Shown: positions 27,268 to 36,772, counted from the stretch's first letter. The stretch is 64,000 bases of DNA from an uncultured Desulfosarcina sp. (GCA_963674945.2 CAXXWQ010000004.1:672001-736000), one strand, 5' to 3'. Numbers and translations are program-made. Notes: a model not told the origin generated them from the letters alone.

Positions 27268-28704
27268 ATGGAGAAAAACATCAATTCGCAACTGTCCAAG
27301 ATCGTAGGAGAGGAAGATATCGCTACCGATGCTTTTGAGAGAATGCTCTACAGCCACGACATAGCGCCTCTTCCGAGCCTTCTATCATCAGTATTCAAGA
27401 CCATTCCGGATGCTATTGCCCGACCCGAAAGCAGCCAGGAGCTGGCGCAAATAATGCGCTTGGCTTCACAGCACGAGGTGCCGGTGGTCCCGAGAGCTGC
27501 CGCATCGTGGGCTTTGGGTGGCGTCATCCCTACGAAAGGCGGCATTGTTCTGGATCTGGTAAAGTTAAACAGAATTATCGCATTGTCCGTCGACGAATCA
27601 TGGGTCGAAGTCGAAGCCGGCGTCATATTCAAGAATCTGATGACCTACCTGTCGGATAAGGGGATGGCCGTATTGTCCTGTCCGACCAGCGCACCTTCTT
27701 CTACCATTGGCGGCTGGGTCAGCACCGGTGGCAACGGCCTAGGTTCATTGAAATATGGGCCGATCCGTGAACAGGTGATGGAGCTTGAGATCGTCACGCC
27801 CACAGGTGAAATCAGGAGGGTTTCCAGGGACTCCACGGGTCCGAACATCGATTGGTTTTTTGGAACGGAAGGCCAGTTTGGTGTAATTACCAAGGTGAAG
27901 CTGAAAATACGCAAAAAGCCCGAAAAACAAATTGTCCGCGGTTTGTATACGACGGGACACAAAGAGCTGGCACAGTTGGTAGCTGAATTAAAAGGGCTTC
28001 CATATGTTCTGATAGCTCTCGATTCGGATCTGATGTCCTTCAAGGATAAACTGCACGACAGAAAAACAAAAGGGAAAAATCTGTTGCTGGCTGTCTTTGA
28101 AGGGACTGAAAAGGATGTCGATTCCGCTGTGAGTGCCTTCGACGGCATTGTCCAGAAAAGAGGACTGCAAGACATCGGGGAACATCTTGCCATGGAAGAG
28201 TGGGAAGAAAGGTATCAACCGATGAGAGTCGGCAAGCTGGGCCCCACGCTCCTTTCAGGAGAGTTCAGTGTCCCGATTGATCAACTGCAGCCTGTGCTTG
28301 ACAAAATCAAAGTGCTTCAAAAGAAAAGCGGCATGAAAATCGGGGTGGAGGTACAGGTAATTTCCCAAAAATCGGCGTTGGTATTGGCGATGTACCTTAC
28401 TGACGAGAGAAAGCCGATCAGGTATTTAATCCATATGGGACTCGTTGCAGATATAAACAATATCGGATTCTCCCACGGAGGGCAACCTTACGGAATGGGC
28501 ATATGGAATTCCTTCTCCCTGAAAAAGCTTTACAGCAGGGAGCAAATAAAGAAACTGAAACGTGCAAAGAAAGAACTCGATCCGAAGGGGATAATGAATC
28601 CCGGTAAGTTTTTCAAAGCCGAAACCCAGTTCGGAATATCCATTCCCCCGATACTTTTTGACACCTCAATGAAGGCTCTGAGCGTTGCCCGACGATTCCT
28701 GTAG
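27268..28704 (+). CDS. FAD-binding oxidoreductase (GlcD family) 2
   Basis: PDAIARP, EAG, STIGGW, GTEGQFGVIT, LDPKGIMNPGK. Start ATG 27268 is inferred. Confidence 0.9.
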   Translation: MEKNINSQLSKIVGEEDIATDAFERMLYSHDIAPLPSLLSSVFKTIPDAIARPESSQELAQIMRLASQHEVPVVPRAAASWALGGVIPTKGGIVLDLVKLNRIIALSVDESWVEVEAGVIFKNLMTYLSDKGMAVLSCPTSAPSSTIGGWVSTGGNGLGSLKYGPIREQVMELEIVTPTGEIRRVSRDSTGPNIDWFFGTEGQFGVITKVKLKIRKKPEKQIVRGLYTTGHKELAQLVAELKGLPYVLIALDSDLMSFKDKLHDRKTKGKNLLLAVFEGTEKDVDSAVSAFDGIVQKRGLQDIGEHLAMEEWEERYQPMRVGKLGPTLLSGEFSVPIDQLQPVLDKIKVLQKKSGMKIGVEVQVISQKSALVLAMYLTDERKPIRYLIHMGLVADINNIGFSHGGQPYGMGIWNSFSLKKLYSREQIKKLKRAKKELDPKGIMNPGKFFKAETQFGISIPPILFDTSMKALSVARRFL

Positions 28705-28715
28705 GAGAGACAGAC

Positions 28716-29888
28716 ATGGAAATTTCAGATCTCAAGAAATATAGCATTGATATTGACCCTTTGGTTTGTGTCCAGTGTGGTTATTGCCGCACCGTTTGCC
28801 CCATATTCGAGCAAATTCCCTGGGAGTCGGCTTCACCTCGAGGAAAGCTTTTTTATTTGAAGGAGCTTGTTCGAAAAGGCGCCTCAGAGCTTGATGAAGA
28901 CTTTGCCAATCGCCTGTTCCAATGCACGCTGTGCGGTCGTTGCGAGGAGGTGTGTCAGCTTGCCATTAAAACCGAGGATATGTGGCGAAAGGTCAGAGCT
29001 GCCGTATATGAAGCCGGCAAGAGCCCCGAGCCGATCATGGCGATGGACGGGGGACTTGCGGAAAAACAGAACCCATATGGTTCGGACTCATTTTTACGTG
29101 ACATGTGGACCGACTTTATGGATGATGACGAAATTCCGGATAAGGAAACGGCACACACCATATTCTTTGTCGGCTGCACGTCGGCCCTCAAAGCGCAGAC
29201 CCAGGATATTCCCGCGGCAGCGGCGCGTATTCTTAATTGCGCCGGTGAGGATTGGACGTTTTTAGGTGAGGACGAGGTGTGCTGCGGTTCACCCAATATG
29301 ATGGTAGGCAATCTGGAAAAAGCGAAAGATCTTGCCAGACAGAATACGGAGCAATTTGAAGCAAGGGGCGCCAAGAGAATTGTAACGAATTGTCCCGGCT
29401 GTTACCGGGCCCTGGAGAAATATTCGGAGATGCTCGGGCGTAAGCTTGACTTTGAAGTACTTCACCTTACCGAGCTTGTCAGTCGATATCTGAAGGAAGG
29501 GCGTATTAAAGTAAAAGAGAAGTATAAGGAAAAAATCATCTATCATGATCCTTGCGAGCTGGGACGCCTGAGCGGCATATGCGAAGACCCCAGAGCGATT
29601 CTGAAGGCAATCACGGACCAGCCCGTTGACTTTCCGGAGAACAGGGCAGACAGCCAGTGTTGTGGTGGAGGCGGATTGCTTATGGCGGTAGACGGTGATT
29701 TGCGTCTTCGGATCGGAGAGAACAAAGCCAAAGTGGCAAAAAAGATGGGCGCCGATATCATCACATCGGCCTGTCCGTCCTGCAAAATGGTACTTGACGA
29801 TGCCGCAAAGAGCTTGAAAACCGGCGCAAAGGTGCTCGACATAATGGAGCTCTTGGCTGAAAAACTGGAAGACCCTGCTGAAGAGTAG
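28716..29888 (+). CDS. HdrD/GlcF-like Fe-S oxidoreductase 2
   Basis: CVQCGYCRTVCP, CTLCGRCEEVC, EVCCG, YHDPCELGR, CCGGGG, SACPSC. Confidence 0.92.
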   Translation: MEISDLKKYSIDIDPLVCVQCGYCRTVCPIFEQIPWESASPRGKLFYLKELVRKGASELDEDFANRLFQCTLCGRCEEVCQLAIKTEDMWRKVRAAVYEAGKSPEPIMAMDGGLAEKQNPYGSDSFLRDMWTDFMDDDEIPDKETAHTIFFVGCTSALKAQTQDIPAAAARILNCAGEDWTFLGEDEVCCGSPNMMVGNLEKAKDLARQNTEQFEARGAKRIVTNCPGCYRALEKYSEMLGRKLDFEVLHLTELVSRYLKEGRIKVKEKYKEKIIYHDPCELGRLSGICEDPRAILKAITDQPVDFPENRADSQCCGGGGLLMAVDGDLRLRIGENKAKVAKKMGADIITSACPSCKMVLDDAAKSLKTGAKVLDIMELLAEKLEDPAEE

Positions 29889-29907
29889 GTGCCACAAAGG
29901 AGATACC

Positions 29908-30405
29908 ATGGTGGATTTCTCGGATTTTGGTGAGATCGCATGCGCCATCGACAATGATGGTTCGTATAGTGTTGGTGTTGCCTGGGACAAGAAAACCGGT
30001 TGCGCGTCGTATGTTCGGGACCGGCCTGCTTTCGGCGTGGATATGCCCGTGGCCCACGGCGGGACCGGCGTCAATCCCTGTCCCGGCGAACTGCTTTCGA
30101 CCGCGGTCGGCAGTTGCTTTATCGGGACGTTTCTGGTATTTCAAAGACAGCTTCAAGTCGAGCTGCTCGATATGCGGGCCTTTGTTCGGGGTACTCTCGA
30201 ACTGGGAACCGAGGGGGATAACGAAGGCAAATACGATATCACCAAAGTCGACGTGCATGTGAAGGTGAAAGTGGAAGGCGATGATTTTGAAAAGGAAGTT
30301 GTGGAGGATTGCCTCAGAATGACCAGGATGCATTGCCCCACCACACGGCTTCTGGAAAAATCCATTCCTGTAAACGTTACCACTGAAATCGAAATGGTGG
30401 AATAA
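29908..30405 (+). CDS. OsmC/Ohr-family protein
   Basis: PCPGELL..AVGSCF and HCPT; paralogue of 2617-3123. Confidence 0.85.
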   Translation: MVDFSDFGEIACAIDNDGSYSVGVAWDKKTGCASYVRDRPAFGVDMPVAHGGTGVNPCPGELLSTAVGSCFIGTFLVFQRQLQVELLDMRAFVRGTLELGTEGDNEGKYDITKVDVHVKVKVEGDDFEKEVVEDCLRMTRMHCPTTRLLEKSIPVNVTTEIEMVE

Positions 30406-30450
30406 TCACCCGGGTCCATAAGGACCCGGGTTTCTAGTAAGGAATCAGAA

Positions 30451-31584
30451 ATGAGTACGAGTGTTGCCAAAACAATTGAACCGTCCGATAAGGTCGTTGA
30501 ATCGCCTGATTACGTAAGAGTCAGTTCGGCAGCCGCCATGACCCTCGGACTCATGCCGGGCAGGTTTCTTCGTGGTGCGAAACTGTATTGCATCAACCTT
30601 CTTCTCATGTACGATAGCGGCTGTGCCGGAAAGTGCGCCTATTGTGGGCTGGAGAGGGCCAGGCAGTCCGATAAGTCCTGGGAAGATCGCAGTTTCATTC
30701 GGGTACCTTGGCCGGTTGTCAGTCTGGATGAAGTCATCGAGAGAATGGGACATGACTATTGTTCCCACGTGCAGCGTGTCTGTGTCTCCATGGTGACCAA
30801 CGGCAGAGCAAAGGGAGACACCCTTGAGATCGTGAGACGACTGAGCAAAAAGACGGATTCCATATCGGGACTGATCGCTCCCACCATCATTGATAAGAAT
30901 TGGCTGATAGACTTGAAAGAAGCCGGTGCCGACTGGTTGGGAGTGGCTGTGGATGCGGCGACCCCCGAGCTGTTTGATCAACTGCGGGGCAAGGGTGTGG
31001 GCGGACCGCATCGTTGGGATCGTTACTGGAAGACAGTAGAACAAGGAGTGGAGGTATTTGGGAAATACAAGGTCGGTATTCACCTGATCGTCGGTGTGGG
31101 AGAAACCGAGCAGGAGTTTCTCAGCACAGTTCAAAAAGCCTACGATATGGGATCGTTGACCCATCTTTTCTCCTTTTTCCCCGAAGCAGGGTCCGCGATG
31201 ACGGATTGCACCCAGCCGCCTGTAGGACAATACCGGCGCTCCCAACTCGCAAGGTATCTGATCAACAAGGGGTTGGGCAGATTTGAAGATATGTCCTTCG
31301 ATGAGAATGGAAAACTGACGGACTTCGGCGTGCCGAAATCTTTACTCGATGAGACCATCGACAGCGGCGTGCCGTTCATGACCTCCGGGTGTGACGGCAA
31401 AACCAGGACAAACGTTTGCAATCGCCCGTTTTCCAATTGTACGCCGTATCAGGCATATATGGGAGAACTCAGAAACTATCCCTTTACCCCAATTGCCGAC
31501 GACATCGTGGTGATACGGAAACAACTTGAAGACTATTCCGATATTCCGACGAAAGAGTGGAAGGAAGGTCTTGGGTGTGGATGA
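30451..31584 (+). CDS. lipS2: Radical SAM lipoyl synthase subunit, LipS2-like
   Basis: CAGKCAYC radical-SAM motif and TSGC...CNRP, a variant of the TxGCPxC(N/D)RP motif; adjacent to LipS1, ligase and LipT. Confidence 0.75.
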   Translation: MSTSVAKTIEPSDKVVESPDYVRVSSAAAMTLGLMPGRFLRGAKLYCINLLLMYDSGCAGKCAYCGLERARQSDKSWEDRSFIRVPWPVVSLDEVIERMGHDYCSHVQRVCVSMVTNGRAKGDTLEIVRRLSKKTDSISGLIAPTIIDKNWLIDLKEAGADWLGVAVDAATPELFDQLRGKGVGGPHRWDRYWKTVEQGVEVFGKYKVGIHLIVGVGETEQEFLSTVQKAYDMGSLTHLFSFFPEAGSAMTDCTQPPVGQYRRSQLARYLINKGLGRFEDMSFDENGKLTDFGVPKSLLDETIDSGVPFMTSGCDGKTRTNVCNRPFSNCTPYQAYMGELRNYPFTPIADDIVVIRKQLEDYSDIPTKEWKEGLGCG

Positions 31585-31596
31585 TAGGTATAACCG

Positions 31597-32631
31597 ATGG
31601 TAAAAAGTAGAGCAGGCACAAGCTCCGGAAGCCTGTCTGTTGACGAGTTACTGAAAAAGTGTTTCGAAGAACCGCTTGACAGTCTGGAATCGTTGTTCGA
31701 TCAAGGGCGCAAAATCGCCGACGATCGTTTCGAAAAAGCACTACACTGTTATGTGCCGGGCATGGTGCATTACAATACGCCGTACTTTAGATCGACCCCC
31801 CAATGCTTTCCCAGTATCTCCGTGACCGGAACCGAATGCCGCCTCAATTGCAAACATTGTCGCGGCAAACTGCTCGAACGGATGACCGCGGCGACAACCC
31901 CCCAGGCGTTATACGAAGCATGCATTGAAATAAAACAATCGGGCGCAACGGGATGTCTGATCAGCGGCGGGAGCCTTACGGACGGCAGCGTTCCACTGAT
32001 GGATTTCATTCCCGAGATCAAACGGGCCAAGCAGGAACTCGGCCTGAAAGTCGTTGTTCACACGGGAATCGTCTATCCTGAAATTGCCGAAGCCCTGGCC
32101 GATACCGGAATCGATGCGGCGATGTTCGATATCATCGGTGCCAATGAGACCGCCAGACAGGTCTACCATCTCGAATGCGATATCAGTGCATTCGACGAGT
32201 CCATATCTCTTCTCGAGGAGAAAAAGATACCGGTTGTCCCCCATATCATCGTCGGACTTCATTATGGCCAATTGAAGGGGGAGAAAGAAGCGTTGGCCAT
32301 GCTTTCCAGGCATCGTGCCGCAGCGGTGGTGATCGTTGCGTTTATGCCCCTTGAAGGGACGCCGATGCATGGAACCGAGCCCTCATCGCCGGAAGACATC
32401 ACGCGCGTGACCCTTGCCACCAGATTGTTGATGCCCGAGACACCACTTTTGCTTGGTTGTGCCCGACCGGCGGGCATGCATAAAATCGAGACGGACATCT
32501 GGTCCATCAAGGCAGGTGTGGATGGCATCGCCTTTCCCAGCGAAGATGCGTGCGAGTTTGCCGAAGATCTCGGGCTCGACATCCGGTTTCACCAGGAGTG
32601 CTGCTGTTTGCTATGGCAGGAAGCATCGTAA
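31597..32631 (+). CDS. lipS1: Radical SAM lipoyl synthase subunit, LipS1-like
   Basis: SVTG..CRLNCKHC, LISGG, LGCARP (GC(M/A)R) and C-terminal CC(C). Confidence 0.78.
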   Translation: MVKSRAGTSSGSLSVDELLKKCFEEPLDSLESLFDQGRKIADDRFEKALHCYVPGMVHYNTPYFRSTPQCFPSISVTGTECRLNCKHCRGKLLERMTAATTPQALYEACIEIKQSGATGCLISGGSLTDGSVPLMDFIPEIKRAKQELGLKVVVHTGIVYPEIAEALADTGIDAAMFDIIGANETARQVYHLECDISAFDESISLLEEKKIPVVPHIIVGLHYGQLKGEKEALAMLSRHRAAAVVIVAFMPLEGTPMHGTEPSSPEDITRVTLATRLLMPETPLLLGCARPAGMHKIETDIWSIKAGVDGIAFPSEDACEFAEDLGLDIRFHQECCCLLWQEAS

Positions 32632-32654
32632 AAGGCAATCATAAGAGGCAATCA

Positions 32655-34229
32655 ATGGAACAGTGGCGATTTATCGATACGGGTTACCTGAGTGCGGCAG
32701 AGAATATGGCCTTGGATGAAGTACTGGTGGAATCCCGTGCCAAAGACCTGATTCCCAATACCATCCGCCTTTTGTGGTTCGATCCTCCCGCCGTGGTGGT
32801 GGGCTATCATCAGGACATCGAACAGGAGATTCGCCTGGAATACGTGCAGCCGCGCGAGATCGATATCAACCGTCGAATCACCGGCGGCGGAGCGATTTTC
32901 TTCGACAGATACAGCATGGGGTGGGAAGTCATCGCGTCCAAGGCCGCCATCGATTCGGGTAGTCCCGAACAAATGTTCGAGCTCATGTGCAGTGGTGTGG
33001 TGCAAGCTCTCAATACCTTGGGTGTCAATGCGGAATTTCGTCCACAAAACGATATCGAGGTCAACGGCAAGAAGATTTCAGGAACCGGTGGAACGGAGCG
33101 TGGGGCCGCCTTTCTTTTTCAGGGTACCCTGCTGCTCGATTTCGATGTGGACACCATGGTGCGGTCCCTTAAAATACCCATCGAAAAACTGAAAGACAAA
33201 GAACTGGAATCTGCCAAGGACAGAGTCACCTGGGTCAAGCGGGAGTTAGGGCGCCTTCCATCCTACGAAGAGTTAATCGCCGCCCTGATGGCAGGATTTG
33301 AACAAGCCCTTGGTATTCGGCTTTCCCAAGGCAGCTTATCTGCTGTTGAGAAAGAACTTCTCAAAGATAAATTGCCTGAATTTCAATCCGACGACTGGAT
33401 CTATCTCGATCGCCGTCCCCTGGATGAAGCGGTCGTCGTACGTACCCTCGGGAAGACACCCGGCGGTATCGTTCGGATTTCTGCGGCCATCGACCGCAGC
33501 GTGAATATCATCAAAAGTATTCTCATTAACGGCGATTTCTTCGTGTTTCCATCCCGCGGCATACTGGACTTGGAAGCGGCGCTTAAATTTTCATCTTGTA
33601 AAGAGGAATCGATCCGAAAAAGGGTTGCCGATTTTTTCGGAGCCAATCCGGTCGAGATCCCCGGACTGGATCCTGATGATCTGGCGGACCTGATCATCGA
33701 GGCGACGGATAGGGCGACATTTGACAATCTCGATATCAGCTTTACCGAGGCCAACAGCATCTACGCCGTAGGCAAGCGTATTCGGGACCTTCTGAGCTAC
33801 GACTATGATCACCTTCTGTTGCCTTACTGCTCCAAGCTGATCGAATGTGAATTCCGGCGAAAGGAAGGGTGCATCCGATGCGGTGAATGCTCCATCGGAC
33901 AGGCGTATGACGATGCCGAGGCAGCAGGATTGATTCCTTTGACAATTCAGTCCTTCGAGCATCTGATGGATACGTTGCGTGCTATGAAGAAAAAAGGTGC
34001 GAGAGGTTACATCGGCTGCTGCTGTGAGGCATTTTATGCCAAGCATCGGGATGAGATGGAGGAAACCGGCGTTCCGGGACTGATCATCGATATCGATAAT
34101 ACCACCTGCTATGATCTGGGAAAAGAAGATGAAGCATACGTAGGCAGCTTCGAAAGCCAGACGTGTGTCAAGACCGAATTGCTCTCAAAGGTTTTGAACA
34201 TTATTCAAAACCAGAAAACAGCGGCGTAA
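32655..34229 (+). CDS. Lipoate-protein ligase (catalytic plus accessory domain) fused to a Cys-rich C-terminal domain (DUF116-like)
   Basis: NMALDE, RRITGGGAIF, NDIEVNGKKISGTG, GDFF; tail LPYC..C..CIRCGEC..GCCC. Start ATG 32655 is inferred. Confidence 0.88.
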   Translation: MEQWRFIDTGYLSAAENMALDEVLVESRAKDLIPNTIRLLWFDPPAVVVGYHQDIEQEIRLEYVQPREIDINRRITGGGAIFFDRYSMGWEVIASKAAIDSGSPEQMFELMCSGVVQALNTLGVNAEFRPQNDIEVNGKKISGTGGTERGAAFLFQGTLLLDFDVDTMVRSLKIPIEKLKDKELESAKDRVTWVKRELGRLPSYEELIAALMAGFEQALGIRLSQGSLSAVEKELLKDKLPEFQSDDWIYLDRRPLDEAVVVRTLGKTPGGIVRISAAIDRSVNIIKSILINGDFFVFPSRGILDLEAALKFSSCKEESIRKRVADFFGANPVEIPGLDPDDLADLIIEATDRATFDNLDISFTEANSIYAVGKRIRDLLSYDYDHLLLPYCSKLIECEFRRKEGCIRCGECSIGQAYDDAEAAGLIPLTIQSFEHLMDTLRAMKKKGARGYIGCCCEAFYAKHRDEMEETGVPGLIIDIDNTTCYDLGKEDEAYVGSFESQTCVKTELLSKVLNIIQNQKTAA

Positions 34230-34230
34230 T

Positions 34231-35304
34231 ATGATGTCCGTCGATGTCATCATCGTAGGCGGCGGCCCGGCCGGTGCATCCTGTGCCATTACCTGCGCCA
34301 GGCAGGGCCAGCGCACCGTACTCTTGGAAAAGGGGAAGCCCGGCCGGCACAAGGTCTGCGGCGGAGTCATGCCGTCTGTCTGCAATCTTATTCTTGAAGA
34401 TGACCTGGAACTCAAAATACCGGACGATGTGCTTTGCTCTCCGTCAACCTTAGGGCTTTACTACGTTCCGCCAAGTGGCAGAACGTCCGGCGCCGCCATG
34501 TCCAACTATCGACTGATCAATGTCAACAGGGATCGATTCGACCGCTGGCTTTGCCAGGAAGCGGAGAAGGCGGGCGCAACTGTATTATATGAAACACGAT
34601 TCTTCGAGTTTACCCAGGATGATTCGATTACGGTTCGTGCAAAAAAACGAGACAACCCCGTCGAAATAAAATCCCGATTTCTCATCGGCGCAGACGGTGT
34701 ATTTTCGAAGGTTCGAAAACAGCTCTATCCCGGCTCCAAACGAAATATCATGACGGCACTGCAGGAGTGCTGGAAGGCAGAGGGTGAGTTCGACGATCAT
34801 TTTTATACCTTTCTGAGACAAGAAGTAACGCCAACCTATGGGTACGTTATTCCCAAAGACGGCCTTTTCTTGATCGGCACAGGAACGATTACAGGCGCCG
34901 CCGTCTCCCTTTCCGAAAACATGCGGCGTTTTAAACAGTGGCTGAATGCGGAATTTCAATTCGCACCTGAATCATTGGTAAGCAGAGAAGGAGGGGTGAT
35001 CCCCTATCATTCTTTGTTTGGCGGTGAACACAATGTGATTCTGGTCGGCGATGCGGCGGGTTTTTGCAATCCCTTTTCCGGAGAAGGGATCCGGCTCGGT
35101 ATGGAAAGTGGAATCATGGCCGCGGAATCGCTACAGCAGGCGATTGACAACGATACCGAACTTTCCCCATTATATCATCGGCAAGTTAAGGGAATCGGCG
35201 ATTTTGTCTCCAGCACCTATCAGTTTGCCGCTTCATTGACGGATGAAGAGATGGAGAAATTCGTCAAGACGGAACTGCAACGCAGGTCATTTGTGCAATC
35301 GTAG
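34231..35304 (+). CDS. FAD/NAD-dependent oxidoreductase, geranylgeranyl-reductase family (LipT-like by context)
   Basis: VIIVGGGPAG, KVCGG, IGADG, VGDAAG..NPFSGEGI. Confidence 0.8.
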   Translation: MMSVDVIIVGGGPAGASCAITCARQGQRTVLLEKGKPGRHKVCGGVMPSVCNLILEDDLELKIPDDVLCSPSTLGLYYVPPSGRTSGAAMSNYRLINVNRDRFDRWLCQEAEKAGATVLYETRFFEFTQDDSITVRAKKRDNPVEIKSRFLIGADGVFSKVRKQLYPGSKRNIMTALQECWKAEGEFDDHFYTFLRQEVTPTYGYVIPKDGLFLIGTGTITGAAVSLSENMRRFKQWLNAEFQFAPESLVSREGGVIPYHSLFGGEHNVILVGDAAGFCNPFSGEGIRLGMESGIMAAESLQQAIDNDTELSPLYHRQVKGIGDFVSSTYQFAASLTDEEMEKFVKTELQRRSFVQS

Positions 35305-35353
35305 GAAGGTTGTATTTCCAGGTGCCAATCGTTTGGAAACATGAAATTTTCAA

Positions 35354-35398
35354 AACAGGACGGTTAATTGGGATCTAACCGTCCTGTTCTGCTTTTTT
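35354..35398 (+). terminator. Rho-independent terminator
   Basis: AACAGGACGGTTA/TAACCGTCCTGTT 13-bp stem followed by CTGCTTTTTT. Confidence 0.7.
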
Positions 35399-35583
35399 AC
35401 GCAATCTTTTTTTTAATGTCTCCGGACCGGGAGTGATAAACCATCGAGGATTGGGGCTGTCCGTTTCACCTATTTCGCTTATATTTCGGACAGATGTGAA
35501 TTTCAGGCAATGCAAGCCATATATATAACGTAAGAAAATGATCAACTGATGTCATTTACTACACATCGTCATTTGAAGATATC

Positions 35584-35790
35584 TTACACCGCTTTCACCC
35601 GCTTTGATTCAACTGTTACCGTGTTTCGCCCCATGAATGGCTCTATCAGTTTAACCGTAATATTCTGAGAAGAATCATCAACCGAAGTAACCTTTCCAGA
35701 CAAATGAACACCGTCGCTTACGACAACTCCAGTTGCTTGAAATCCCGACATGTCTACCGATACGCGTTGTCCGACTTTCACCTCTGCCAT
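35584..35790 (-). CDS. Small beta-rich protein, KOW/SH3-like (resembles the NusG C-terminal domain)
   Basis: Strong RBS AGGAGG. Sequence VGQRVSV..GKVTSVD....ITVKL..FMGRNTVTV....VK. Confidence 0.65.
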   Translation of the reverse strand: MAEVKVGQRVSVDMSGFQATGVVVSDGVHLSGKVTSVDDSSQNITVKLIEPFMGRNTVTVESKRVKAV

Positions 35791-36652
35791 AATAACCTCC
35801 TATTGTGTAAATCATCATTAATATGCCACATGCATTTACTGCTTAGCTGGGAAAAGTAAATATTAAAAAATCGATTTTCATGAGTCAAGTTATTTTTATT
35901 GAAAAAGGAAAAATCAAGCCTCTATAATGTAAATTCTTTACTCATACGGAGAAGGATTCTTCACATGCAGTAGAACGGATTCTATTTTTGTGGCTACATA
36001 TATGGCTACGTACGATCATATCGCAAGGACAAAGATAGGGAATCAGTCAGACGAATTTAGCTACTTTTTGTTCCTGTTTTTTCTTTTGATCTTCCTTATT
36101 CAATCCTACTTGAATTTCAGAACATGGTGCAGATGAAATGAAGTTGGTGTACAGACACACCTTGGATACAAATCCCAGTCGAATCCTTGCCAGTTGGTGA
36201 TTTTAGCAATTTTCACCTAATTTCCGATAGCATAAATCGATGATTCTGTGCACCATGAATTATGTTTATTTATTAAGAAAAAAAGCTTTTCAAATAAGCA
36301 ATACACCGTTATCACAACTAAAATAGTCTCAGGCACCTACTTTGCATGTAAATATTCAACCTGCTTCATTTACAGAATCATATTCAATTTAAAATAGGCG
36401 CAATCGTGCTGCCTTCGGCAATAGTTTTTGTTGCCGATTTTTTTGCTCTTTACCATACGACACATCTCGGTGTATGCTGAAAAAGCAATACAGTTGTCGA
36501 GCTCTTGCTGGGGACACGACTCGACAATCTCTTTCGTTCGAAAATGAAGTCTTATTTATATACATCCGATAATATTCCACTTTATTCAATTCTGTGCGGA
36601 GAAGCCGTACATCTTTTGACTCTATGCTACATTTAAAACGGGAGGAGGAGGA

Positions 36653-36772
36653 ATGAGTATTACGATGGGAAAGGGTCGCGCATTGACCATGGCAGCAATT
36701 GTACCACTATCCGGCAATGCTATTTCAGGATCGGGTACCAGGAGCATTTCGACCAAGAGTACGTATTGGTAA
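36653..36772 (+). CDS. Unannotated small ORF (39 aa)
   Basis: GGAGGAGGAGGA directly before ATG; MSITMGKGRALTMAAIVPLSGNAISGSGTRSISTKSTYW*. Confidence 0.4.
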   Translation: MSITMGKGRALTMAAIVPLSGNAISGSGTRSISTKSTYW

